A program made the translations under genes and the position numbers. Shown in pieces: positions 37,641 to 50,900 of a stretch of 64,000 nt of DNA. Numbering within the stretch: the stretch's first letter is position 1; each line of letters starts with the position of its first letter. Below the pieces are notes generated by a model. That model was not told the DNA's origin. It saw only the letters and a program-made list of their open reading frames with translations, and did not search any database. This DNA is from Bugula neritina (taxonomy: Eukaryota > Animalia > Bryozoa): positions 32,540,773 to 32,604,772 of the forward strand of contig OZ037766.1 in NCBI GenBank assembly GCA_964035545.1, given 5' to 3'.

Positions 37641-38901
37641 ATCAGTGTGATGGTACAATGTAACCTAAGTTTCAAAAAAGAATTGAAAGCAAAAAGTTTC
37701 AGTTTGAAGATTAAAGTAGATTTACTAGAAATAGTAATTATAAAAACATACACATGTTAACATGTACGCTGGTTGACTTTTCATATTGAATTGCTATCAA
37801 CTTATCCCTTATATCAATATGATTAGGATTGTTCATCTGTAAGTGTATCAGTAACAATAATCATAACTTTCTTGTTTCTTAATACTTATATTCGCTGTGA
37901 TTTCAACTTCACACTTATGTTTATAGTCATTGTGAGTGTTGTTTAATAATAAATTTTTATTGTTCATTTTGTTAAATTGGGATTTGATTGTTGTACTGAT
38001 TAGGCAGCTTCTATTGTGAGTGTCATTCACTGATAGGATTAAGTTGTATGTTGTCTTTGTTCTTACAACTGTAATATTTTTACCAGTTGTTACAACTTTG
38101 AACAAAGCCATTCTCTTGTACTTTTCATTTTGGATTTTGTAGAGCATCTGCCCAAATTATTATGGCCATTATTGATTTTTTGCATCAATAGCTTAGCTCT
38201 AGTGTATCAATTGACTTGTACATCACAACGTAGTACTAATATCTCATAATTTGCACAGCTGCCATGCAGTTGTCACTTTTGCATTGACTATATACTCTCT
38301 CAGATAGTAAATGTATTTAGAGTTGGGTGGTCACTCAACTTTAGACAGTTCGAGTGCAAATGAGCTCTACTATAACTTGAGTTGTGTGTAGAAGTTTACG
38401 CACTCATCATGTTCAACTGTACTTTTGGTTAGTTATTACCAGTCGACCTGCATTCAGCTGCAGTTGTGTTCATTTTTTATTATTTCCTTTAGCGTTTTGA
38501 TCCTCAAACTAACTTCCAAGTGTTTTTGTACGTTATAATTATACTTATGCAAGCAATTTATAATTGTGGGTTTGGTTATTAAACATGGATGTATGAATGG
38601 GTTAGACCAAGCAAGTTTTTACTGGTCAATTGAAACAAAAAACAATGTGAGTTGGTAAGTAGTGAGCACACAGTTTCTTATTGATAATTTCGTAATGCAA
38701 ATCTTTTTAATGGCTGCTGCAAAAATTGAATTCCAAGTACTTATCAGTAATTTGTTGGCAAGCCTGATGCAAGTCTTATTAAGTGAAAAAAACAGTGTAC
38801 ATAATTTACTTCTGGAACTACATGATAGTTAGTGTAGCTCATCTTGACTAACTGTTAGTGTAACTCAGTGAGACTGATAATTTGAGAGCTGCTATTTGTA
38901 G

Positions 38902-41900
38902 ATGGCGGCATGGAGGCAAAAACAATGGAAATACAAAAACACGACCCCAAAGATACTAAAAAAGGAGGTTTGTCTTACAATTAACCAATTTTAGCCCTTC
39001 AAAAATCACTAAAATTTTCTGCACAAGTTGTATTCAGTGCTGCAATATGCAAACAGGAGTGACCATATCAGTGGTAAAACAGTACTCAATCAGTAATGAG
39101 TACATGAATCTGTTTAGGGATGATTTCTTTGTGTGGTCATTGTTACTATTATGCACTTGAAACCGTTGATTTTTCAATCAAGTTTTCTGTACTATATCAG
39201 ATATCTAGTAATGACACACCTACATCAGCTAATAAGTCACCACTTTGTTGCCCTATCTAAGGAAATGCTGTTTCCCTTTCCAACACAATGTCACATTTCC
39301 TGTTGAGATACTTCCTGAATTGTATATGAAATATCTGCTCCATCATTGCCCTACGACTGAGTGCGGAGATGTGACACGATGGGACATATTGTGACATGAT
39401 GTGACATGTGCTTGCAGGAGTGTATCACAGGCCTGTCAGCCAGTAGACTCATGCAGACAGCTGGTAACTACATCCGGGCTAGCTCCAAGTACATGGTTTT
39501 CAACATAGACGGACACGGTGAGCAGACTGTAGCCTAGTTTCTCTTCACATCCTGTCTTAGTAAACATATCTATGCAGTTGCTAGACTACAGGCCAACTAT
39601 TCAGCTGCTACAAAACTGGGAAGGGGAAGTTTATATAATATAGCAATGTAAGCTACAGAAATGGAATTGGTTTTGCAGTTGAATAAAAATGTTGGTGCAA
39701 CAATAAGCGGTGGTTTTGGTTTATTACTCCCTGACAATTATTAATAGTTTTCTGTGAAGTACTTACAGGAGCTTAAGTAGCTTTAGCAATCAACTTTTTA
39801 GATATCTTTTATCTGCCAAATTTCTATACTGTATGCAATAACTTGCTTCAGTTACTAGGCCTGTGTTTAAAAGCTGGACTTTGCCTGTTGGGAATTTGTA
39901 ACCTTCAACTGTACCATTCTTATCTTCCATATGAGGTAGTTAAACACCTCCCCCATCCCACAGTGAGATAAGGGGCCTCAGGCTGTTGACATCTCTACTA
40001 CTCATTCTACTAGTCAGTCTACTAGTCACTCTACTACTAACTGTACTAGTAAAGTTTCTAGTAGAGTGACAGTCACTGAACTTCTAATAGTCAATAATGT
40101 CCACCTGCTGTCTTCAACTCTGCCACTCTCTCTTTCAACCACCTCCCAATTGGTTGAAAGTTCATTTCTCTTCGACTAGCGGCTATTATTTTCAAGTACA
40201 GCTGCTGCTGCCGCTGTTGCTGCTGCTGTTGCTGCCGCTGCAGCTGTGACTTTCAGGAATAGAATAATATAGTAACACATAAGGAAATAGTATAATGCTG
40301 GCTGGTGTTGAAGATGGCCACTGACTCATAGCAATGGAAGGCTGGACAATTATATTCACACTTATACTGGTTGTGTACCTCCATGTTATTGTGTAGTTGG
40401 TCATACTAAAGTCTAAACCTATATGTTTGCTGTGGGGTAGCTTCACACTTTTATACTATTCACACTGGCATATATGATTATATTACCTGGTATATTACCT
40501 TGTATATTACCTGGTGTATTACCTGGTATATTACCTGTTGTATTACCTGGTATGTTACCTGGTGTATTACCTGGTGTATTACCTGGTGTATTACCTGGTA
40601 TATTACCTGGTGTATTACCTGGTACATCACCTGGTGTATTATGTGGTTGTTGTGTTTTGTAGGGGGTGGGTGTCTAGGAGTCCTTCCTCTCAGCACTACA
40701 GGACATATCAGCTCTAATCTGCCCCTCATCTATGCCCACGGCAGTAAGTTATACACATTCACTGAATCCTTCCAGAATCTTCCATACCAGCTCACTACTA
40801 GCGCTCCTCACCACTCCGCAATGTCTTGTAGATTTTGTGTCCGACTTTGGGTTCTCCCCCCACGACGATAGCCTTCTGGCCACCACCTCCTTTGACAATC
40901 ACATAAAGTTGTGGAGGCTGCCGGACGTGCCCGTCCTGACGGCCCCGAGTGCCCCTGAGTCTGAGTTCCCAGAGCTGCCCCGCAGAGGGGACGCCCTCAG
41001 CTGGAACCCCCTTGTTAGCAGTCTCATGTACGTCGTGGCCGGTAACCTGCTGAGGCTATACGATGTCAGAACCACGACTAAAATGTTCGGTAAGTGTAAC
41101 CTGTGTTCCCTCAGTGTGAGATTGCCTGAGTTCTAGAATATTGCTAGTGAGTAGGGGAGGGTGTACACCCTCTCTCATTACAACACTCTTGTACCCGCAG
41201 AGTTTGACGATCAGGAGGAGGTAATTCAGGGAGCCTGCTGGTCGCTAGATGGCTCTCACATAGTCACTTCCTCTAAGGATCTGCTGGTTAGACTGTTTGA
41301 CCCCCGGGCTAACTCTTCAGCTGCCTTGCAGGTAGGCTAAGTTCTCTTATATGTGCTGAGTTGTTGGGAGGGGGGGAGCTTTAAACCTTTACTTTCTACT
41401 ATTCAAATAGTTCTTCAAGCATGTTGACTATTTTTTGCAATTTTTTCTCTAAATTCATATAAACTTCGCAAAATAATATGAAAAGTTATCATATGAAATA
41501 TAATTGTATTTGAAAATTTATGTTTTGAATTTGTTCCTTTCAATTTTCTTTGACTAATTGATATGTAGCCATTCTTAGAGATACTACAGAGTTTAGTATA
41601 GAGATATACTACAGAGTTTAGGTTAGAGATACTACAGAGTATAGGTAAGAGATACTACAGAGTTTAGGTTAGATATACTATACAGTTTAGGTTAGAGATA
41701 CTACAGAGTTTAGGTTAGAGATACTACAGAGTATAGAGATACTACAGAGTATAGGTAAGAGATACTACAGAGTTTAGATTAGAGATACTACAGAGTTTAG
41801 GTTAGATATACTATACAGTTTAGGTTAGAGATACTACAGAGTTTAAAGATACTATGCAGTTTAGGTTATATGGTGATATTGTAGAGCTGTCCTGGTCATG

Positions 41901-44900
41901 AAGTTGTGAATGATTCCCGTATAATTTATGTGAATGATAATCGTATCATCACCACTGGATTCTGCTCGGTGAGTATTTCCTGTTTCGTGGAATGCGTTTT
42001 GTTTTTAATCTAATAAAATGAACTAACAATGAAATGAATTATATAATGCAGTGTGTTGTATTACATTATATTGTATTACATTATATTATATTGTATTACA
42101 TTATATTGTATTACATTATATTGTATTACATTATATTGTATTACATTATATTGTATTACATTATATTGTATTACATTATATTGTATTACAATCATACTTT
42201 AGGACTACATTACCAATAACCAGGGTCGTGTGGTATGTAACACATACCTATGGAGGTGTAGCACACTTTGGTATATTAGTCATAACTTTCACGTCACAAA
42301 ATTAATAATTCTGTGTCCTGTGTGTAATTACAGGATAGGAGTCGTCGGGCCCTGATATATGATACGAGGAACCTCTCTGGTGCTCTGGATAATGTAGATT
42401 TTGATAGTAGCCATGGGTACGTTTTTCTGTTATATATTCATTACACGTGTCCGCTGTTGTGATCAGACAATGCTTATGTTATCATATATATGCTATTATC
42501 ATATATATGCTATTATCATATCTATGCTATTATCATATATATGCTATTATCATGTCTATGTTATTACTATAGATATGCTATTATCATAATTATCTATGTT
42601 ATTATTACATCTATGCTGTTATCATATCTATGCTATTACTATAGATATGCTATTATCATATCTATGCTATTACTATAGATATGCTATTATCATATCTATG
42701 CTATTACTATAGATATGCTATTATCATATATATGCTATTATTATATCTATGCTATATCTATGATATACAGTGACATGTTTTATAATTACCAGAATTCTGG
42801 TCCCTCTGTTTGACCAAGACACGAATATGCTCTACGCGTATGGCAGGGGAGACAATAATGTGAGATTTCTGGAGTCGACAAGCAAAGCACCATATCTGGT
42901 TCAAGGTAGAGCTTCTTTAGTGTTACTAGTCATTGTGTACATTATAATACTGTGAGAGCTGTGATGGTTAACACATACAACTATTCTTACAGTGTCAAGT
43001 GTCTTAGAGTTGATATTGCGAGTTGTGTGAGTCTTAGCATGCTGGGGGGGGGGGGGTGTACAAGCGCTTTGTATGACATGAAGTTTGCCAAACCTCCTAA
43101 ATCTATTGCCTAACTTTTTAAAGTTGCAAGCTCAATAGCTCTCTGTCATGCAAACTTCTTTCGATAATACCTCAGTTTTGCTCTTTGTGAAACATGGCCG
43201 ATGTTTACAAGCTCTACTCCTGATTTCTTCATGCTTTATTCTGGTTTGAACATAATATTTAAGACTCCATTGCCAGGGTAGAAAGCTTATTAATTTTGTC
43301 CCTGTAGCCCCTCTCCGTCTCATGAATATAAATATTTAGTTTATTACAACGTTTGCTGTGTTTGCTAAACTCTATGTGGAAGCTGACACTTTTACTCTGA
43401 ATTTAATGTGAAGTTGTCTCCCCTATACTGTTGCTGTGAGGAGTTGTCTCTCCTATACTGTTACTGTGAGGAGTTGTCTCTCCTATACTGTTACTGTAAG
43501 AAGTTGTCTCCCTTATACTGTTACTGTGAGGAGTTGTCTCTTCTATACTGTTAATGTGAGGAGTTGTCTCTCCTATACTGTTACTGTGAGGAGTTGTCTC
43601 CCTTATACTGTTACTGTGAGGAGTTGTCTCTTCTATACTGTTAATGTGAGGAGTTATCTCCCCTATACCGTTATTGTAAGGAGTTGTCTCCCTTATACTT
43701 GTATACTGTTAATGTGAGGAGTTGTCTCCCCTATACTGTTACTGTGAGGAGTTGTCTCTCCTATACTGTTACTGTGAAGAGTTGTCTCTCCTATATTGTT
43801 ACTGGAAGGAGTTGTCTCTCCTATACTGTTACTGTGAGGAGTTGTCTCTCCTATATTGTTACTGGAAGAAGTTGTTTTCCTTTCAGCTGCCTGTGATCTG
43901 CTGAAGTCACAAGTGAAGGGGGCGTGTCTTGTACCGAAAACAGCGGTAGACGTGATGAAGGGAGAAGTGAACAGAATGTTGGTGCTGAGCAAAGATAGCG
44001 TTGTTCCTGTACCCTACATCATACCGCGACGGGTGAGTGTTTGGGTTGCCGGTGTTCACACATGAGTATATATTGCTAGGACCTGTTCACACATGAGTAT
44101 ATATTGCTAGGACGTGTTCACACATGAGTATATATTGCTAGGGCGTGTTCACACATGAGTATATATTGCTAGGGCGTGTTCACACATGAATATATATTGC
44201 TAGGACATGTTTACACATGAGTATATACATGCTCAAAGTCGTAGTTTAAGTATGGTTTACTTGAAGTTGATCACTTCTGTAATATATTATTATTTCATTA
44301 TCTCGTTTCAGTCGTATGCTGAGTTTCACTCCGATGTCTTCCCTGACACTTATTCTGGAGAGCCAGGATGTGATGTCGATGCCTGGTTGACTGGAGCTGC
44401 CCCACAGGTACGTCGCTGTTGCGGCTGCAGCCGCTGTATAACATGCATACTACTGTATAACCTGTATAATATGCATACTACTGTATAACCCCTATAATAT
44501 GCATACTACTTTAAAGCCGTATAATAATTTCCAGATCGTCAAAGTTAGTTTGGATCCTGCAAAGTCTGGTAAGAAATCGGATCCAGTGGAAGCTAAGGCT
44601 ATCAAAGTGGAGGCACAGCCTGTCGCACACAAAACTGCAGTAAGCACTTCCAACGGGACTTCTGGCGACGCCCCCACCCCAGCTAAACCCGTGGAGTTTA
44701 AACCTAAGGCTGTAGCAAAGGTTGCTAAACCAGTCGTAGCCACTAGCAATGTGAGTTGAATGATTTTAGCTCATTTCTGGCCTCTCTTTGGCGTTATCTG
44801 ACTCAAGGTGACTTACAAATGCCTCAAAATAAAGGATGTTGAATATAAGACTTCCTGTCACAGAACTTAATGCGGCTAACCTGTTCTTTCAACTCAACTT

Positions 44901-47900
44901 ATTCCTACTGAAGGGCTAAAATAGCAATGAATCTGTTTCGATATATCAATAAGTACCATAGCCTGTACATGTAGTGTAGACCGTAGGTGTGTTAGTTAAT
45001 AAACCTGTATACTGTCTGTATATACACAGGTATCGCCTGTCTCGCAGGTATCGCCTGTCTCGCAGGTAGAGAAAGAAGACCACTCTACTCAGACTACACC
45101 AGTAAGACATCGGGAGCCGAGCACACAGGACACGTCTGCACGACAATCTCAGCTGTTCAAATGTAAGTACTTGGTGATGAGCTAACAATGTATTGCTACT
45201 GGTGACTTCTCATCTACTCCTCTACGTTATACTATTCTGTCAAAGTTGTCCCCACATGTTGATAGAATGTATTGTACGTACGCTCTATTCTCTGTGAATC
45301 ACGCTGTCACAACTAGCTTCATGCACACTGGAGATGCACTCCGAGTGAAACGTTTAATCACTTTAGCTCTACACATCAAATTATTTGTAAAAAGTCGGAA
45401 GATAAACTCCTGAGGCAAATACATGATATATTAATGGACTGTAAAGTTAATATTGTTAGATGGTTTCACTCACTGGTCTTCTTTCATTGTGCTAGAAAGT
45501 TAACTTCCAGATCTTACACGCACTAAAACTGTGGCACTCTGTTGACACCTCCCTCTCTTTTGTGTAAATCACCTTCAAGTGTTGTGGTGACAAGTCTGTT
45601 CTTATTAAATGTACAAATACCATAAGACTAAAATTAGTATTTGCTGCCATTCAATGGCTGACTCTATCTTAAGGTCTCAGAATAACGTCTTGTCATATGG
45701 TGTTGGCAGCAAACAACTTGCTATACTTCTCAAAGCAGCGGTAAAATTTGCTTGTCTAAGCATGTTTTTTATGATTGTTTTATTAGAAGTGTTGATGAAG
45801 AGTTGCAAAGTTTAATCTTGTGTATATATTGCCTAGCAACTTGTGTACATATAACCTAGCAACTTGTTTACATGTAGCCAAGCAACTTGTTTACATGTAA
45901 CCTAGCAACTTGCGTACATATAACCTAGCAACTTGTTTACATGTTGCCTAGCAACTTGTATACATATAACCTAGCAACTTGTTTATATGTAGCCTAGCAA
46001 CTTCTGTACATGTCACTCATCAAGTTCTGTCTGTGCTTGATCAATAGCTGAAATACATATAGCCCAGTGACCTGTTATATAGTTTAACGGGGCGTGTACA
46101 GTTTTCTTCCTAAGTATATCTGAATACTAATGCTATAATATTTAGTTGGATCTGCTGTATGTAAAACAGAAAATTCATGTTGATATGTTAATTGTGTCAC
46201 TTAGCAACAGAAACACAAACAATAAAGCCATTAGTTTGGCCTCACTTATGCCGCAGGCATCCTGGTATGTTGAAATCTCTCACATAATGTTATTATAATA
46301 GTACTTTCAGCAAAACAAGAGTTGGTGAAGTTCGTTTTCATCAAACATTTGATTATGTAATATCCTGTCTTTTCGCACGTATACAAAGCATATAGCTTGT
46401 TGCTATTATAATAACATTTTGTATCAAATTTATTTTCTCTCAGATGATTGAATGGAGTTTAACTTTCTCTGAGACTATCTTAATGGTGAATCGGTCAACT
46501 ATAACATGACACTTTGTAAAACCAACTTCTGGGTTTTGTGTTTAAATACCGCTGTTATTACAGTGCGGATAAGTTGTGTATTTCTACGGGAAGTTACATG
46601 AAGCCGAAGCAATATGACGTAACGCCGTGTCATGTTATAGTTGGCCAATGGACCCTGCTTTCACCGTATCAGGCTCTGAATATCTCATACTTTGTCCGTC
46701 TCTCTACTAACTGCTCCCTGTAGTCTTACTCGCTCTTTCGTATCTTCAGCTACTGGTTAGTGGTAACATCTACGCTGGGGTCATAACCTCATATATGCTG
46801 GACATTAGAACAACTCTGCTGTAGATATTTTCTCTTTCGTTGGTATTCAGCTATACAAAACAAAATACAAAATAGATACGGTGTGAATTCATTTGAGTAT
46901 ATAATTGATATAAAGTAGTTTTTATTACACCTACACTCATTACACCTACACCCATTACACCTACACTCATTACACCTACACTCATTATACCTACACTCAT
47001 TACACCTACATTCATTATACCTACACTCATTACACCTACATTCATTACACCTCCACTCATTATACCTACACTCATTATACCTACACTCATTATACCTACA
47101 CTCATTATACCTACATTCATTACATTGTAGTTTTACGGCTAGTTCAATGCTAAGGTCCTTGATTCATGAAATCTCACCCCCTCATCCGCAGTGGGCACTT
47201 TCAGCTCCCCTATTCCGGGTGACTTGTTATCCACCTTTTATGAGATGAGCTACTGAGGAATCCCCTAGCCTTTGTGTGATGTCATGCTCAATATTTCATT
47301 CATATCTTGTGAACTGAGAAATGCATTCATATGGACTTGCAGCTAATTAATTGTGAAATTTCAGTTGAAGAGTTATCTGCTACTGTTCATTGTATAGATG
47401 TGTGTTAATCAATGTACATGGGTTTAGTAATCAATTTAATTCTGTAGCATTCAGTCAATAGACGGAACCGAAAGCACCCACTTCACTATATTCGCTAGCC
47501 ATTTGTGTGACATGTCCCTTTGATTCCCTTCTCTGTACATCTAACACACCATAAGCTATTTATACTGTCATTCCCATCTATTCGTGTGTCTGTCTGTGTG
47601 TCCCTTTGTTGGCAGCATGTCTCATGCTTTCTGTCATGTGACTACTTGCTCTCAGTCACATCACATGTCATGCAGTAGAAAACATTAAACTAGCATTCAA
47701 ATTCAGTCACATGCTCTCCCGTGTCACATGCTATCACATGTCACATGGTTAGTGTGTCACATGCTATCACATGTCACATGCTTAGTGTGTCACATGCTAT
47801 CACATGTCACATGCTATCACATGTCACATGCTTAGTGTGTCTCATGCTATCACATGTCACATGGTTAGTGTGTCACATGCTATCACATGTCACATGGTTA

Positions 47901-50900
47901 GTGTGTCACATGCTATCACATGTCGCATGATTAGCGTGTCACATGCTATCACATGTCACATGGTTAGTGTGTCACATGCTATCACATGTCGCATGGTGAG
48001 TCACATGGTTAGTCACATGGTAGCTCAGCGCCTATGCTGTGTATAGTTTATATAGGCATTGACAACAGATTAGGCAGTGTTGTTGAAAGAATTTATGCAT
48101 GCTTTTCAGTATACTGTATGTTCACATCTAACATGTCTATCAACAGTAGTTATTACAGTAGTTATAACGGCTAAAATCAAATTGCATGATTTTTGTTTTG
48201 CTTTGTTGTTAAAATATTTCCTTTTTTGCAGTAGTTGGTGCATTTTTATTGACTGCAAATGCAGGTCTATCTAATAATATATTGTTGTATAAGTCATATC
48301 TGAAGGGTGATAATGTTAAAGGATATTATCTTATGAATGTTTTACACTTTGTAACATAATATATTCTAAGTTGAAATCAAACTTGTATGCTACTACACAA
48401 CCTTTATTTTCAATTTTACAGCAAGTTCATTTCAAAAAGTAACTGTTTGAAGCCGTAGCTGTTACATTGCTGCATACTCTATAGTGTAGAGTTAATACTC
48501 TCCATGTGACCTTTACACATACTCTACACTCTACAGTGTATGCTCTCTACTCATTCACCGGCTTTCCATGTACCGATCTCAGATCGATCTCGCTGAGATC
48601 GATCCATGGAAAGACGCTAAAGATCGATCTCAGTCGTTCTGAGCTGGTCGGTCTGTAGAGCTCGAACTCAGATCGATCTCAAGGCAATAAGGTCATGGAA
48701 AGACGAAAGTTCGATCTGAGAAATAGAAAAAGACTGTTCGCTAAAATGTCGCCGCTAATAAAAATGATAATTTATTGGTAATTACTAAGCAAATTACTTA
48801 ATAATTACTATAGCCACATTTTCAGATGCCAAAACTTTGACTTTCAGTACTATGATTAAACAAACTCAATTATATAAAATTATAGACGGTAGAAGGTGGA
48901 AAAAGTAGGAGCATTTAAATTGAATTTAAATGGCTAGTAAAACTTACTTTCATTAGTTATTTGCTGCTTATTTTTAAGCCCAATAGTCCTGTAAGTTTAT
49001 GAATAATCTGCACAACAGCTATTAATTTTATATAAGCTGTCAAACTAAAATATTAAAATGAATTATCTTAAGTTGGCTAAATTGCTTCTTACTAAAAGCT
49101 TTACTGCGTAGAGTTTATAGCTGGCACTGAATTTTAGACTATGGAAATTTTGTTTTTTCAAAAGCATTAGCTTGAATCACCCAGGTGGGTTAAAAAATAT
49201 AATATTAAAGTACTCTTCACTTAAGAGGAGGCAACTCCGCTAGATCGATCTGACACTCTCATGGAAAAACGATCGATCTGATCAGCACATTTCTCAGATC
49301 GATCTCAGCGAGATCGATCTGAGATCGGTACATGGAAAGCCGGTGTATGTAACCTTTACACATACTCTACAGTGTAGAGTTCATACTCTCTATGTGACCT
49401 TTACAGTCTCTGTGAAGACATCAAAGTTCAGGCACCTCAAGGGCACACCCCTTCATAAGAGTCATCGCATTGAGAATATCAGAAACTTGAGTAACCGAGT
49501 GCCCAGCGAGTCAAATGGATTTGCCGCCAACCCTGAGAGGTGTGCCATCACGCTGAAAGGACCAGCTGGGCTTGTCTCGGTCCTTGAGGTAAACTCCTCG
49601 TTGTCATGGTTACGAGTAGCTCTAGTAGAAAACAAAGCTAATGATCAGTAATTATTTTAGTGAATTTATTGTCACCTTTCTACTGCTCAGTATATTATAA
49701 TCATAATTTATTTTCATAGTTTGTGGCACAAAAATTCTTCTTTTGAATATGATTACATGTATACCCTCTAGTCTTACATTCAGAAAGTCACAATTTAGTC
49801 ATCTTCTGTTTCATATTATAGTTTCATTTCGCTGAGAAAAATTAACTATTTGCACCCAGAGTTCGAAATGTTATCACTCCAGATTTCTGTAGACTGAAGG
49901 GGATATCTACAGCATGTTCTAACAGTCTGCTGTAACGTAATGTTGAGTTGTGTTTATTCTCTAGTTGGAGAATGTTGGGAAGTTAGAGGACACGCCCCTT
50001 CCTGCCTTGTCTCACGGTGTACCCGTGTGTGACTTCAAGTGGGATCCATTCAACAACAGTCGCCTAGCAACTGGTAAGTCACCATATTATTAGCTGTCTG
50101 TATCTACAAGCTGTGAAGTGAAACCAGTGAATATATGTCCATTTATGGTTAATAATTTATTGTTTTAAGGGGAAGACAAATTCTTGAATCCTGTTTTCAT
50201 CAATACTGAAAATAGAATTCCGAATCTTCTAATTATAAGCTGAAGAAATTAAACTCGTAATGAACTATGAGTTGTTCGGCTTCTATCAGAAGTTGATTCG
50301 AGTCCACAAAGCTGTCGAGTTGATCAGTCTGTTTGTTTCGTTCTCACAGGTACAGAATCCGGTGCAGTCTTTCTCTGGGAGATTCCGGAAGGCGGATTGG
50401 AAGGTGTTAAGGAGGAACCAGTGAAAAAGATTTTAGCTCATAATGACAAGATTTACTCCTTGGAGGTGTGACCTTTATATGACCTTCAACTATATCTTAC
50501 TCTCTATACTATTCTATACCATACAATACTATACTACACTACACTATACTATACAATGCTATACTGTACTATACTATACTATACTATACTATTCTATACT
50601 ATACTATACTATATATACTATACTATACTATATACTCTATATACCATACCTAACTCTCTACACTACACTATACTACACTATACTATACTACACTATACTA
50701 TACTATACTATACTACACTATACTACACTACACTACACTACACTACACTACACTACACTACACTACACTACACTACACTACACTACACTACACTACACTA
50801 CACTACACTACACTATACTACACTACACTATACTATACTATACTATATCTGATATATCTATGTCATATCTGCTGCAGTTCCATCCGCTAGCCAGCGATGT

